Below, piece by piece: positions 39,701 through 53,200 of a stretch of DNA of 64,000 nucleotides. The notes beneath the pieces are model-generated. The model was not told the DNA's origin. It made no database searches and saw nothing but the letters and a program-made list of their open reading frames with translations. The stretch lies in assembly GCF_006345805.1 (NCBI RefSeq), contig NC_043002.1:104532001-104596000 (forward strand). The letters are read 5' to 3'. Position numbers and translations under genes: made by a program. Source of the DNA: Octopus sinensis (lineage: Eukaryota). Position 1 is the first letter of the stretch, and each line of letters starts with the position of its first letter.

Positions 39701-41240
39701 TACTTGTCCCCCACCAACAGCTAACAACATCAGTTGACAATGTCGGTGAGAGGCTAGCAGAGATACCACGGATTTCACAATTTTTCTCACCTTAATTCAC
39801 TCAAAAGGATTTTGTCGGCGCTGGTCTCTAGTAGAAGACTTGTCCAGCAAATCACGCAGATTTCAGGGAAGCCGAATCCACGTGATTGTAAATCGAGCTA
39901 CTTAACCATACAGTCAAGCGTGCGACTAGGCTGAAATTCTCTTTTTTTCATTAAGTGAATACCTTGACTTATTAAATTACTTCGTTTGTTCTTTTACAGA
40001 GACGATGCTATTCTTCATTCGATTTCAACTCCAACGTTAACAGTGGGGCTGTGGTGACGGAGTGAATAGAACTGTAATCAGCCGGACACTTGCTGCACTT
40101 TTCTGTCTAATTTAAAAGTTAAACAACGAACAAACCGTTTCGCTATAAAACAGCAAACACTTGAGTGCATGAATAAATGTTTCATTCTATTTATATTAAT
40201 GAAGGAAATATTAAGATCGTAGTAAAGCAGCGGGAGTCTGTCTGCGGCTGAAATTAGTGATTTGAATCTGTTGAAAAGTGTAATAAATTGCTCTGCCGTC
40301 TGGAAGAGGAATCGGTTGAAGTTTTGGGCGGAATGATTTGGCAGAATGGCGTTTTCTAATGACAATGAATCCATGATTTGGGAGTAGTGAGAGAGAAAAC
40401 AAAGACGCTGAATAGTGAAGAAAGGCAAAAGGAATGACGGAAGGAAGAATGAGAAAGGATAGTGCATGCGAAACGATGACACAGTGGCGATGGGTCAAAG
40501 AGGGGAACTAATCAAAATAGTTCTAGCAACTTTGTAAAATGGAGGAAAAAAATGACTTAATGATGGGAAGACTTGATAAATTGGAATCGATTTTTAATAA
40601 GAATCTTGGCAGAATGACAAATTTTAAAAACGAACAATGGAGGAAGGGTATGTGTAAGCTCATGAGAAGACAAGTCAGTCCTCCATGTTTGACAGCTGTC
40701 CAATACATGTCACATTACAATGTCCCTCCTTGATTTTTCTCTCCATTTCAGATTTTAACCATCATAATTCTTCACAATTTCATTTACATTTAAATACAGA
40801 CTAACAATTTTACATCCTCTTCTCTTTTCCCTCAAATCCATGTAATCTTAGGTGCCTTGCAAGAAACTAGCTTTCTAAACGGAATCTTTAAACTATTTGG
40901 GACTCATTTGAATATTGAAAGCATTAGTATTTGATTCTGTTTCTATCGAACGCTGAATTCGATCCTACCAATATCTCATATTTATCTTTTAGGGATTTCC
41001 AAAACTGTTTCACTAGGAATATAATGATCCGCTCCTGATAACAGACAGATACAGGTGGATATTTTTACAATGGAACATTAGTGAAAGTATCGGATTCCTG
41101 CAATGCAAATTTTACGAATTGCCATCCTAAAAGTATCGTCTATGGTAATGTACGATACACACAAACACAGAGGCACAAATTCACACACACACACTCTCAC
41201 ACACACAAACACAACACACACCACATACACACACACACAT

Positions 41241-41276
<36 letters not shown>

Positions 41277-41294
41277 TATATATATATATATCTA

Positions 41295-41340
<46 letters not shown>

Positions 41341-42169
41341 CTAGCCTTTTATGCTTAAAATAGACGCTAAATCGTCTTGCCACTTTAACAAAAAATTATC
41401 CTTTATTGATATAATTGAGAATTGTTATAATTCAGAACTGTTTATTCACTTCAGGATAGCATAGCCGCTTATGTGCTACTGCGATCAAATACACATATGC
41501 TGGGGTAAGCCGCCAAATTTGTTGTTTTGTGTTATCTGGGCTAATTACATGTGTTTATGGTTTTGCCTTTGCTGTCCTGTAGCTTTGTATAAATATCTCA
41601 TTTATGTCCTGTATGATGACTAAAAGGCATTGGGCAAATACAGAACTTAGGTAATCCAGGGCTATCTATATGTGTGTAACGGCGTGATTTTTAAAGTGGT
41701 GAGATTTTATAGCATCTATTTTCAGCATAGCAGCAAGGTCTTTGTCTTGTGATCTTAATTATAATTATATATATATGTTTTCACCTTAATCGGTTTTTTT
41801 TTATCCTTTATTGTTTTTTCTTCAGACACTTGCTATAGAGTTACCTGTTTGTTTTTGTTCTAGCTTCATAAGAATTCTAGTTCGAACTTCCGAGTCCTTT
41901 TCGGCAGTAAGTCCCTGGGTTATAATCAGGCCTTTGAACACAACTGGCATTAATTCGACCAGCTTGAGCTCCTAGCATTCCCAGTTTACTCTACCAGAAT
42001 ATGTGACGTAGACCACGTCCTTGTTTTTACTATATGTTCAGGCACTTCCAAAGGATGTTGAACAACGAACATTTTACACAATATGTCTATTGTTTACCTA
42101 AGTTTATGTTCGAAGGTTTTTGTGGGAGAACATAATTACCGTATCGTTCATATTCTTTCTTTCTTTTCT

Positions 42170-42509
42170 TTTACTTTCTTTTACTTGTTTCAGTCATTTG
42201 ACTGCGGCCTTGCTGGAGCACCGCCTTCTAGTCGAGTAAATCGACCCCAGGACTTATTCTTTGTAAGCCTAGTACTTATTCTATCAGTCTCTTTTGCTGA
42301 ACCTCTAAGTTACGGGGACAAACACAGACACACAAACACACAGGTACATACATATATCTACATATATACAACAGGCTTCTTTCAGTTTCCGTCTACCAAA
42401 TCCACTCACAAGGCTTTGGTCGGCCCGAGGCTATAGTAGAAGACACTTGCCCAAGGTGCCACGCAGTGGGACTGAACCCGGAACTATGTGGATGGTAAAC
42501 AAGCTACTT
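42170..42509 (-). mobile_element. 3' part of split SINE family A (host of copy 2); its 5' part is 44450-44486
   Basis: Body and tail match 9162-9585 with a GTCCCC-mediated internal deletion. Confidence 0.87.
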
Positions 42510-44449
42510 TATTTCAAAACATTTGCCATAAAGGCAGTACACAGATTAAGTTAGCTTTGCGGGCTGGACGAGGACATTAATGAAGTGAATGATAATGAAA
42601 GACAGATGATAAGGATGGGAGAAGACAAAAAGCGCCCGCCGACTTTCGCTTCTCTAAAACATTGTTCTTTTTACAAAACGAGGTATTAAACCACTTTCAA
42701 TTTTTTAATTTTTGGACTTGGCAGTCCATTATTAATACTAACAGTTCAATAATTACATATCATCCTCGAAATAGCTTGTGCCCGCGCCCTCCACCATCAA
42801 ACACGCCTCCCTCAGAACGTAATCAAGTTCCGAGTTCGCGTCGCCCGGGACCAAGCTATAATCTTCATTGAGCTCCTTTAGCCCAAGCGTTACGTCGAAC
42901 GCCACGGCCTCCACAGCTATCTGCGGAGGCCATTCGGGGTCCTGTGTGAAGGCTAAAGGAGCTCCCTTGTGGTACTCTTCCATCATTTTTTTTTTCAATT
43001 TCTCCTCCTCTATAGAAGAGGACCAATACGTTCAGTTGTTTCGTTGGCGGCACAGTTCCCGCCAACGTCTGCGGCTCATGGATATCAGCCGCCCGACCTT
43101 TCTTTCTTTTTCTCCTCCTTCTTTTGGGGGAGACTGCTGACCCAGGGGACTCCGTCACCAGACACGGGGGATCGCTATCCCCCTCCGCCACCTGAGCGTT
43201 CTTTGGCGAGCAGCCATTGTTGCTCACCTGTCTCTTTCTTTTCGTGGAGGCAACCTCCTCCACGACTTCCACCGTCTCCCCCTCCAATGAGGGGGCGGCG
43301 GGCGCCTTTTCCCCTTCATGCTCCGGGGCACCACCACGGCCCCCGGGACAATTCCTCTTGATATGTCCGGGCTTCAGTCACAGGTGATACTTGGGTGGGG
43401 CGTTCGTCGAGTATCACCGGGTACCTGTGCCCAGCCATTCTCAGGAAGTCCGGGAATTTCATTTCTCCCACGGACACCGGTGTCCACAGGGTCAAAGTTG
43501 CCTTTGACCCCTCCCAGGCGACCGCGGGAGCCATTTTCACACTCAGTAGCCTGGTCCGCATCCCCCAGGCCTCGCCGGATGGTCTTCTCGATCCATTCCG
43601 CCTCCGTGCCCGGGGCAGCCCACAAACCCAGGCTCTTTTTACTTTTCTGCCACAATACGAGGGGAGGAACAAAATTTCCTCTCCCTCCAGTAGCTCGCTA
43701 GCAAATCTGCTAGCTTCCTCGGGGGTACCAAACAGCAACCACACCGTTGCAAATTTACTCCTCCGAGAAATAATCTTTATCGTTGGTAGGTGGTCCCCCA
43801 ACTCTTTCTCTATGGTGCTCCTGTCGAAGAGGGCGATAGCTCCACGCGACCTAGAATAGGTTCGTAGGACCACCGTGCTCTTCTCAAGACTTTCAATCCA
43901 CTGCTTGGGTGGGACAACCTCCCATTCCAAAGCAGTGGTTTCTTTTGTTGCCATGATTTTGAAAAAAAGTTCAACTAAAAGTTCAAAGTCCAATAAGAAA
44001 AAAGCACAATGACAGAACAGAAAGACAGAACAGAGAAAAGGACGAAGGAAGACAGTTCAAATAATGGCAACACAGTTCTGCAACTGGTAATCCTCACGAA
44101 ACAGGGTACTCCTAGTTGCAGCACACTTGGTTCTCCGTGGTAAATCCAAGCGAACAAATTAATTTTTGAGGAGGGGCTATGCCTCTTCAAAATACACAAT
44201 TCTCACTAAAAGGTGAGACAATAAATACGCCAACAGGCAGAACAAATGCATCCGAAGCAAAGTGAAGCTTATTACGCGCAGAAAAGTGTTAACACTAATT
44301 AACATTAATGCCAAAAAAGTATTAACGGCAAGCAATAAACCTCACTATGCTTCCAAAAATATCCAAAATGTCCTACCTGTTGCCGTAAAATGTTCAATAA
44401 TTCACGTTAACACGTGACATTTGCCGGAGCAAAAAACAGCACGTCTGTC
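42510..44449 (-). mobile_element. ~1.94-kb ORF1-only Tx1/L1-like element, copy 2
   Basis: Reverse complement of 7128-9161 lacking three 29-bp monomers; target duplication at 42493-42509 and 44450-44465. Confidence 0.85.
42753..43954 (-). pseudogene. Frameshifted ORF1 of copy 2; knuckle at 43348-43389 has an in-frame TGA
   Basis: Same protein segments as 7710-8907; YHL*LKPGHIKRNC. Confidence 0.78.
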
Positions 44450-44751
44450 TGGTAAGAAGCTACTTACCACACAGCCACTCCTGCGTCTGTTTGTTCCTGT
44501 TTGTTTTCTCAAAATAAAACGCATTTTTATCTTGTCGTCCCATTCTTTGCATTCTTTCTCGAAAATTTGATCGTATCTTCTGTAATATGCTTCGAAGGTA
44601 AATCCTTCGTCCGTTTCGTATTTGAACTCTGTTATGGCGACAACACTTTTTCTGACTTACCTGACGGCTTCAGTAATTACTGTAATAATATTCGTTTTTG
44701 TTGTTGCTTCTTTTGTTGTTGCTTCTTTTGTTGTTGCTTCTTTTGTTGTTC

Positions 44752-44986
44752 TAGCTGTTTACTCTTTTACTCTTTTACTCTTTTACTCTTTTACTTGTTT
44801 CAGTCATTTGACTGCGGCCGTGCTGGAGCACCGCCTTTAGTCGAGCAAATCGACCCCGGGACTTATTCTTTGTAAGCCCAGTACTTATTCTATCGGTCTG
44901 TTTTGCCGAACCGCTAAGTGACGGGGACGTAAACACACCAGCATCGGTTGTCAAGCAATGCTAGGGTGACAAACACAGACACACAA

Positions 44987-45025
<39 letters not shown>

Positions 45026-45190
45026 CGACAGGCTTCTTTCAGTTTCCGTCTACCAAATCCACTCACAAGGCATTGGTCGGCCCGGGGTTATAGCAGAAGA
45101 CACTTGCCCAAGGTGCCACGCAGTGGGACTGAACCCGGAACCATGTGGTTGGATAGCAAGCTACTTACCACACAGCCACTCCTGCGCCTA
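44752..45190 (-). mobile_element. SINE family A, intact reference copy
   Basis: Head TAGGCGCAGGAGTGGCTGTGTGGTAAGTAGCTTGC, B-box, internal (TA)/(TG) run, (GAGTAAAA)n tail; single target motif at 45150-45166. Confidence 0.9.
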
Positions 45191-46149
45191 TCTGCTGCTG
45201 TTTTTGTTCTTTCAGTTGTTGTTGATGTTTGTGCTGTTGCACTTGCAGTTCTAGCTGCTGCTGTTGTTGCTGCTTATGCGACTCGAGCAAACCGAACAAC
45301 AAATTGTCCATAAAATTGTCCATAAAATTTTCCATAAAATTTTCGTAAAATTCGTCCAACAGGAACGTTTGTGAGTTACTTTTTAAATTCCTCGTGATTT
45401 GTTTAAATCCTCGTCACCAATATTACTTCCTTATTCTATTGGATTGCTATCACGCCCATTCTGATATACAGGATACTTAGTAGTAAAACCAGTAAAGACA
45501 CAACTATCTCTGATAATTCACCTACTTCCGTTTACTTATAGCGACTAGGTTATTCCATTCGTCACAACTCCCTACAACATGTATATATATATATATTAAT
45601 AAATAAAATAAAACATATGCATATATATAAACATATATGTACGTACCTACCTCTACATGTACATATACACGCATATATGAGTATAGGACACCAAAAGGAC
45701 GTCGAACACAAAGAGAAACGAAAACATAGACACAAATCAAAGGAACTGGACATTTTTTTAAAAACAACAAAAAAATAGAGTACAGGACAATTAACACATA
45801 GAAAAAAAAACCTTCTTCAGTCGCTAAAGGTTTCATCTACTCTACGTTTCGAATATGTGTCTGTGTGTGTGTGTATATATATATATATATGTGTGTATGT
45901 TTATATAGATAGAAATATGTATAAATATAAGGATACACGCGCACACACACACACATATTGCTCAGACGTAATGTTATCTGGTTCTTCTCTCTCGTTCTTT
46001 CTTTCTCACTCTGATGTATCGATAGGCAAACAAACACATGTTCAGGCACAAATGCACTCATAAATATATATAGACATAATAGTATATATATGGATATGCA
46101 TATACATATATATGTATAAATATGTAAACATAATCTACATTTACAAGTA

Positions 46150-46450
<301 letters not shown>

Positions 46451-47592
46451 CGTGCAAGCATACATGTATAGATGCCTTTATGTGTGTGTGGTGTGTGTAC
46501 GTGTCTGGTACATACGCGTCCATTCCATATTGTAGACTTTGTGGATTACAGCAAAACATTATACAGAACAAGAGTAATCTGACTATCTCTTTAGAAATAT
46601 CTGCTTACCATTCTTCCCTCTCTTTCTCTATCACTGTATATATCTGATCAATAAGAGGGTATTTTGATTAGAATCACCAGTAGAACTGCAAATCAATGTT
46701 ACGTTGAGTTTCTCAGGTCGACCCTCTCCTCATGTTAATAGCCTGTTAACTGCAATAAGGAATATATAACCGAGCAATTTATATTAACTTTATCATCTCT
46801 TTGCGTGTATTAGATTTCTCTATTAACTAAATTAACAGCATAGCAACCTAAAACTCGATATATGTTGGGAGAATTTTCATTTTATATCAGAGCATCAACT
46901 AACTCTATTGATCAAAGACACATGATGAGCGATGTATAGAAGCTTGTTGAAAATATTTGCAACGAAATCTGCAATATAATATGTTACTTTTCAAGAGAGA
47001 ATTATTATTATTTTTCTTATTATCTTTCTTATTTCGTTGTTTGTTTATGGTGTTTTATTTTGTTCTCATTTGTGAAGCCATACATGTAGATTGTTATCCA
47101 ATAATGTAATGTGCATGGCAAGTGTGATTTTTAGGGTCAGCCGTAATATTCTATTATCAGATCTAACCATCATTAATTGTACGTTTTTGCTCATACTTTA
47201 CTTCGTTATTCATGCAATCATTTTTTTTCCTTCCAACCGAACCAAGCCAAAGAGTATAATACAAGCTGGAATACATTATTCTCTCTATTATTCAACCCTT
47301 TTTCATGCTCGTAGAGAACTGTATACAACTTGGTTTTATTATCTTAATATGATCGCTATCGGCAACGGAGCTATACATCAGTAGTAATAGTAAAAATGCT
47401 AAGCTCGTTATTGTAAGGTGACGAGTTCAAGTTCTATAGATTTATGACTTGAAAAAATTTTATTGGCTTTTCAGTAGTGAAAATGGTGTTAATGTGAATT
47501 AAGTTTGTACTCGGGCTACGCACACGTGTGTGTGTATGTGTGTGTACACAAACATACATACACGTATATATATATATAATATATATATATAT

Positions 47593-47642
<50 letters not shown>

Positions 47643-50079
47643 TATATATTATATATATATATATATTATATATATATATATTATATATGTATATTATACT
47701 TCAATATATGTATGTGTCTATGAATGTATGCATTCCCTTAAATACCGGGGCCTGTCTGGACCCTTGCATGATCCCGTTACTTAAAAAATCTCCACCTTCA
47801 GGCCTATTTATTCTCATCCTTTTAATATAACTGCCCCATCTTTCCCTATGCATACACACATTCAAACACAAACACACACATACACACTCACACACACACA
47901 CACGTGTGTGTGTGTGTGTGTCTGTGTGTGTGCGTGTATGTGTTTGTGCGTGTATAATATTATGTGTCTATATGTGTAAATAAATTGATTTGCTTCGCGA
48001 ATTAGACAATTCACTGTATGGATTATCCCTCAGGCCTTACCCTAATAGCTGTTTTTTTTTTGCTATTTTTTGAGGGTAGGTTTCATTTCTGCACATTGAG
48101 AATTTTAAGATGGTGTACCTCCAGAGTAGCTGAAGCTCGAGGGATTGTAAGGAAATTTTTTTTTCTTTTTTTTTGTGGAGGGAGGGGGAGTGTAGCTTGT
48201 ATTCTTCGTCCTCTTTTATTATTTCTTTCTTCTCTCAGCCATTGATGAGATTCCTGCATATTCCGCTGCCACGTGACTGCATTAATTTCTTTCTCTTCTC
48301 AGCTTCCTTATCGCTATTTACTTTTGTAACTATTTTCGATTTGTACTTATGTGATCCCGATCCACAAGGTGCGTTCTGATGCAGGATATACCAGATCCCC
48401 TTTACTCATAGACCAAAGCCCGTAAGCTCTTACAGTACACCTTATTTCACAATATCCCTGCGCAATTTTTGATCACTGCACCTTCTCTACAACCAGTGTC
48501 TTTTGGGCTCCAGTTTTGTTTTAGATATTTTCGCTTTGTTTTGTCGTATTATAAAACCAAATATGTATTTGTTCTTTGCTTTTGTCATACTCAGTAAGTT
48601 ATATGTTCTAGGATCTATATTGCATTTTATGGGGTTGGACGGGCCGAAGTTAATCTTAATATCTAAATTCTTACATATATAACAATTAGCTTCGAGTGCA
48701 GGATCCATGCAACCCTTAACCTCAGATACATTAATTCCTCCAGCCTGTGATCCCTGCAGAAGCAGCTCCAACTCGACGCCATTGGAATGAGCATTGGTTT
48801 TCATTACACTTTATGGATTTCGTATCTGCAGTTATTTTTGTATTTGTTATGTGGGCATCTTTATTACTCTTCATTTTGTTGTTGCTTTCATTCATGTTGC
48901 TGTTCGTGTTGATGTTGTTCTTCTTATGTTTTCGTTATTATTATTATTATTACACGCAAACTATTACATGCGTTTTTAATTAACAGAGATGTTATCCTGA
49001 GGTTTGGTGACATCATGTCGCTTAAAATTTCAAGAATGGTTATTAAAATCCTTGTATAATATAAGGGAGCATACAAGCTGCAATAGAAGTCTTTGTTGCA
49101 ATATACTTTAGATTGCTAACCACCAGAATGGAGGTGGTACTGGGTTTACGAACGACGCGAAAAATGGCATTTAGTTGATGCTTTGATTATAATTAGTTGC
49201 GATATGGGTTACGGCGTTACGCTATGAGTTCGAATCCTGCCATCGTTTGCGGATATAATAAAGATCAGTTCATTCCTGGCGAGCAAAACTCGTGAAAAAT
49301 TTGCAAATAGTATAAAATTGCACCGCACTATATCAGCTGACCTCTGCCGTTGCCCTAAAATCAGCTTCTAGGCTAGAACAGAAGAGACATTTTAAGTACA
49401 GTGATTGAAGTACAGATTTTCTACCTACCTATCTATCTATCTATCTATATATATATACATACAAATATATTATTTTATTCTTTTACTTGTTTCAGTCATT
49501 TTACTATGGCCATGCTGGAACACCACCTTTTAGTCGAAGAATTCAACCCTTGAACTTATACTTTGTAAGTTTATTCTATTGGTCTATAAGGCCGAATCGC
49601 TAATTTACGGGGGCATAAACATGCCATCAGTGGTTGTCAAGCGATGCTGGGTGGACAAGAACAGACACAAACACACACATATATACACGTATACATATAC
49701 ACACATACACACACACATATATATACATATATCACATGATCGACCAGACTATCAGATGTTGCTGCACATCGCTGGTCACAATGCATGTCGCATTGCTTTA
49801 GCCCTCAAATGACGCCACCCCACTGGCTAAGCGAGCAGGCCAATATATATATATATATATGTGTATATATTATATGTATATATATATGCATACATACATA
49901 TATACATACATACATACATACATACATACATACATACATACATACATACATACGTACATACATACAGATATATAGATACATATATGTGTAGATATTCCTT
50001 TATGTATTTTAGCGTAAAAGCTGTGACCATGCTGGAGGAATGCGAGTACTATGCGCTTGTAAATAGACATTCCTATGTG

Positions 50080-52340
50080 GATAGTTTAGGTCTCTCAAGG
50101 AAATTAATATTGCTCCCCTTGTTTGATTGTCTTGCCGTATTGTAGGTTCATCTGAGATCATGGAGAGCAGATATTTAAGTCAGATTTTTTTAAATATCTA
50201 CCATTTCCATGTAAATCTCTATGATTCCATGTAGAGCTGTTACGCCGTTGTTGGCCTTTGAAACCCAAGCTAATGCAGTATCCGGTCCAATTGCTGTACC
50301 TAGATAGGGTGCGTGGCACCTTTAGAAAAGTGCACTTGCCTCCTATTCTGATATAGCTCACGATGCGAATGCCTGGTGTCAGCCCTTCTATGATATTCCA
50401 TGTATATCACAACATTTCTCCCCCTTCTTCGCTCCCGGGTGTACTGCTGTCATTCAGTAAATCTTTTTCAGTCGCCACCATGTTTCATTGATGCAAACTT
50501 CTCGACGTACCTTCGCTGGGATCCCACAATTTCCGATATTAAATTGACACTATAATATGAACTTAGTTGAGAGTATTAGTTCCTATGAATGAGTAAAAAC
50601 AATCCTCAGATTACCAGCATAGTCTCCGGGATCCTTCTCCTGAAAGTTTTCACAATCCACCCGGACATTCGCCTGCACATTGCCACTACCTTAATGATAT
50701 GTATATGAAACGATGCATCGTTGCTCATATCAGTCCCATGTTACGCATTGTATTTGAATTAGGTTCACAGGCTTGTTGATGGCGGAGGGATTGGAATTTT
50801 TCTGCGTATAACTGCCTTTTGCTTTCTTCAACTCTTTTATATATGCTATCTAAATCATTGTGTAGAAGATTAGCATCGAGAGGATTCTTCACTGCTTTTG
50901 TTACTAGTGAGTCGTTCACAGAGTTAGCAAGTGCAGCTGTTTGCGTAACTGATAGCATATCTGAGACGGCCGCCACAGACAGCAGCGGTTCCAAGAGCGT
51001 TCCATCAAGCAATTCACTCAATATTAATATCTACCTTAAGAGGATTCCGTGGATTTCTATAATACTATGGCTTCTGTCTTTTAAGATGCCATGTCACAAT
51101 TCTCCCTGTTTTCCAACTATGCCGAGTCCTCGCAGATGTGACATGTCCTCCCAGGATGAAAGAGATACAAATTCGAGATACATCACATATACGTTCGAAT
51201 GACTCATTTTAACACCAAAATATAATACGGCAGAAGCTGAGTAAAGCAGCTCCTTGCTAAGCGAAAAACATTCTGGGCGGCAGAGAGCAAGTTATTATCT
51301 TCTAGAAAGAGGATGAGATTCCTTTCGACAATTCCTTCCATGAACGTTGCTGACAGAGAGAGAGAGACAAGCTTAGAATTTTTAGCATCTACCCTGATTC
51401 CTTCTGTATAAATAAGACATATTTTACATACTTTTAACTTATTGGGAATTCTACTGTTTGCTAGGAATCTTTAGATGAAGATCTGCAGTGGTCTTGCTGA
51501 GGACATTTTGAATTTTTCGTAGAATTGCTGTGAATCTATCGAGGCCGGTGACTGGGCTCAAACCCATTCCGTCAGCGGTTGATATTACATCAGCTTCCTC
51601 TATCTCGATGTAACCAATAACTACCATCACTTCGAGAGCTCGTTTGGCACATTTATTTACAACTGTCTCAAAGGAGATGTGGAAAGGCCTTTGTATTGTA
51701 TATTCAGGATTTCACTTAGTCATTGGAGGCCATTTTCTTCATATAGTGGCTTTACCATCTACCATTCTGAAGTAGACATTTGAAAATTAATAAAATTTTA
51801 GGTATTGTCATAACACGATTTTCAGTCCTGGAATCTCTTTCTGGCCATTCACTTTCATGGGAGAGTTTGAGCTCGTTTGAGACGGGATCCATCACTACCG
51901 TGTAGACGCTGATTTGAAGTGATTTGAGATCTTTGTTAGTCGACTCATTAGACTTTCCAATTTCAGGAATTGTTTTACTTTAGGTCCTGCCATCATTGAA
52001 CCGGTTGTGCTGCTCATATATTTGGGGTTTTTTCCACCACAGCATCATCTCCAAAGGCCTTCAGAAACTTCTCGATAGTCTGGGCTTGAGTATCGACAAG
52101 TTTTGGACAGAATATTATACAATGTCTTTGCACAATGTACCCATTCAAAACGAAAAAGTCGCACAGCACACACTTCACGTCTGTACTCAACAGGTCACCG
52201 CTGACGAATGGCGCAACCTATAGACACGAACATCTTTGCGCATGCTCCGGATGAAAGCGGCCACCTAATACCCATGTGGATTTGGCTCACACAATTATAT
52301 TTTATGCAAAAACATTCAGGTCGTAAACTTCTTGACTACA
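50080..52340 (-). mobile_element. Degenerate CR1/L2-like LINE (RT and C-terminal region)
   Basis: KAVKNPLDANLLHNDLDSIY....QLYAEKFQ RT tail; YCISLGFKGQQ..NS...RDLHG and DEPT-like end motif; many stops; left and right limits approximate. Confidence 0.7.
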
Positions 52341-52356
52341 CCTCGTATCTATCTAC

Positions 52357-52596
<240 letters not shown>

Positions 52597-53157
52597 AAGA
52601 TATAGATATAGATATAGATATATATATTGTGTCTGGATAGGTCATTATGCCAATAATAATCACTGTATTCATATTAAAATATGAGCGCAGGTATATTTCT
52701 AGAGACATCCCAACGTATCCCTTCTATCAGCGACAGCTTCAACGACACTTCAGCATATGCTATGTACTATCATTACTGTCTTACAGAGATCTTTTAAAAG
52801 CTATTCCCAATTACAGTACGGAAATATATTTTCGATATATCTAATGACTATTTACTGATTAAACTCGTGTTTCATATGTGTAATATAAACAATAGAAGGA
52901 TATTGAGATTCAATCCATAGTTAGTGTTTCTAGGATCGCTGTATATAAGTACGTTTGTCTCTGATAACCCCTACCCTGTATCTCTTTTGCCCTCGTTTTA
53001 TGATGTATACCCCATAAACGTGCGTGTGTGTGTGTGTGTGTGCATGTGTGTGTGTGTGTTTACGGGTATATGCATTGATATAAAAATATATAAAGGGAAT
53101 ATCTTTTTGAACGAATGATATAAACTTCGTTCCAGAACAAAATATATATCGTCACGG

Positions 53158-53197
<40 letters not shown>

Positions 53198-53200
<3 letters not shown>

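Noticed and set aside
40078-40733. 134-aa and neighbouring ORFs
   Set aside because: No recognisable motifs; composition suggests the antisense of a purine-rich decayed repeat
48487-48804. Possible LINE AP-endonuclease remnant (NAHS...ELELLL...INVSE)
   Set aside because: Only the first motif is weakly similar, downstream catalytic motifs are not visible, and its position does not fit the CR1-like element at 50080-52340
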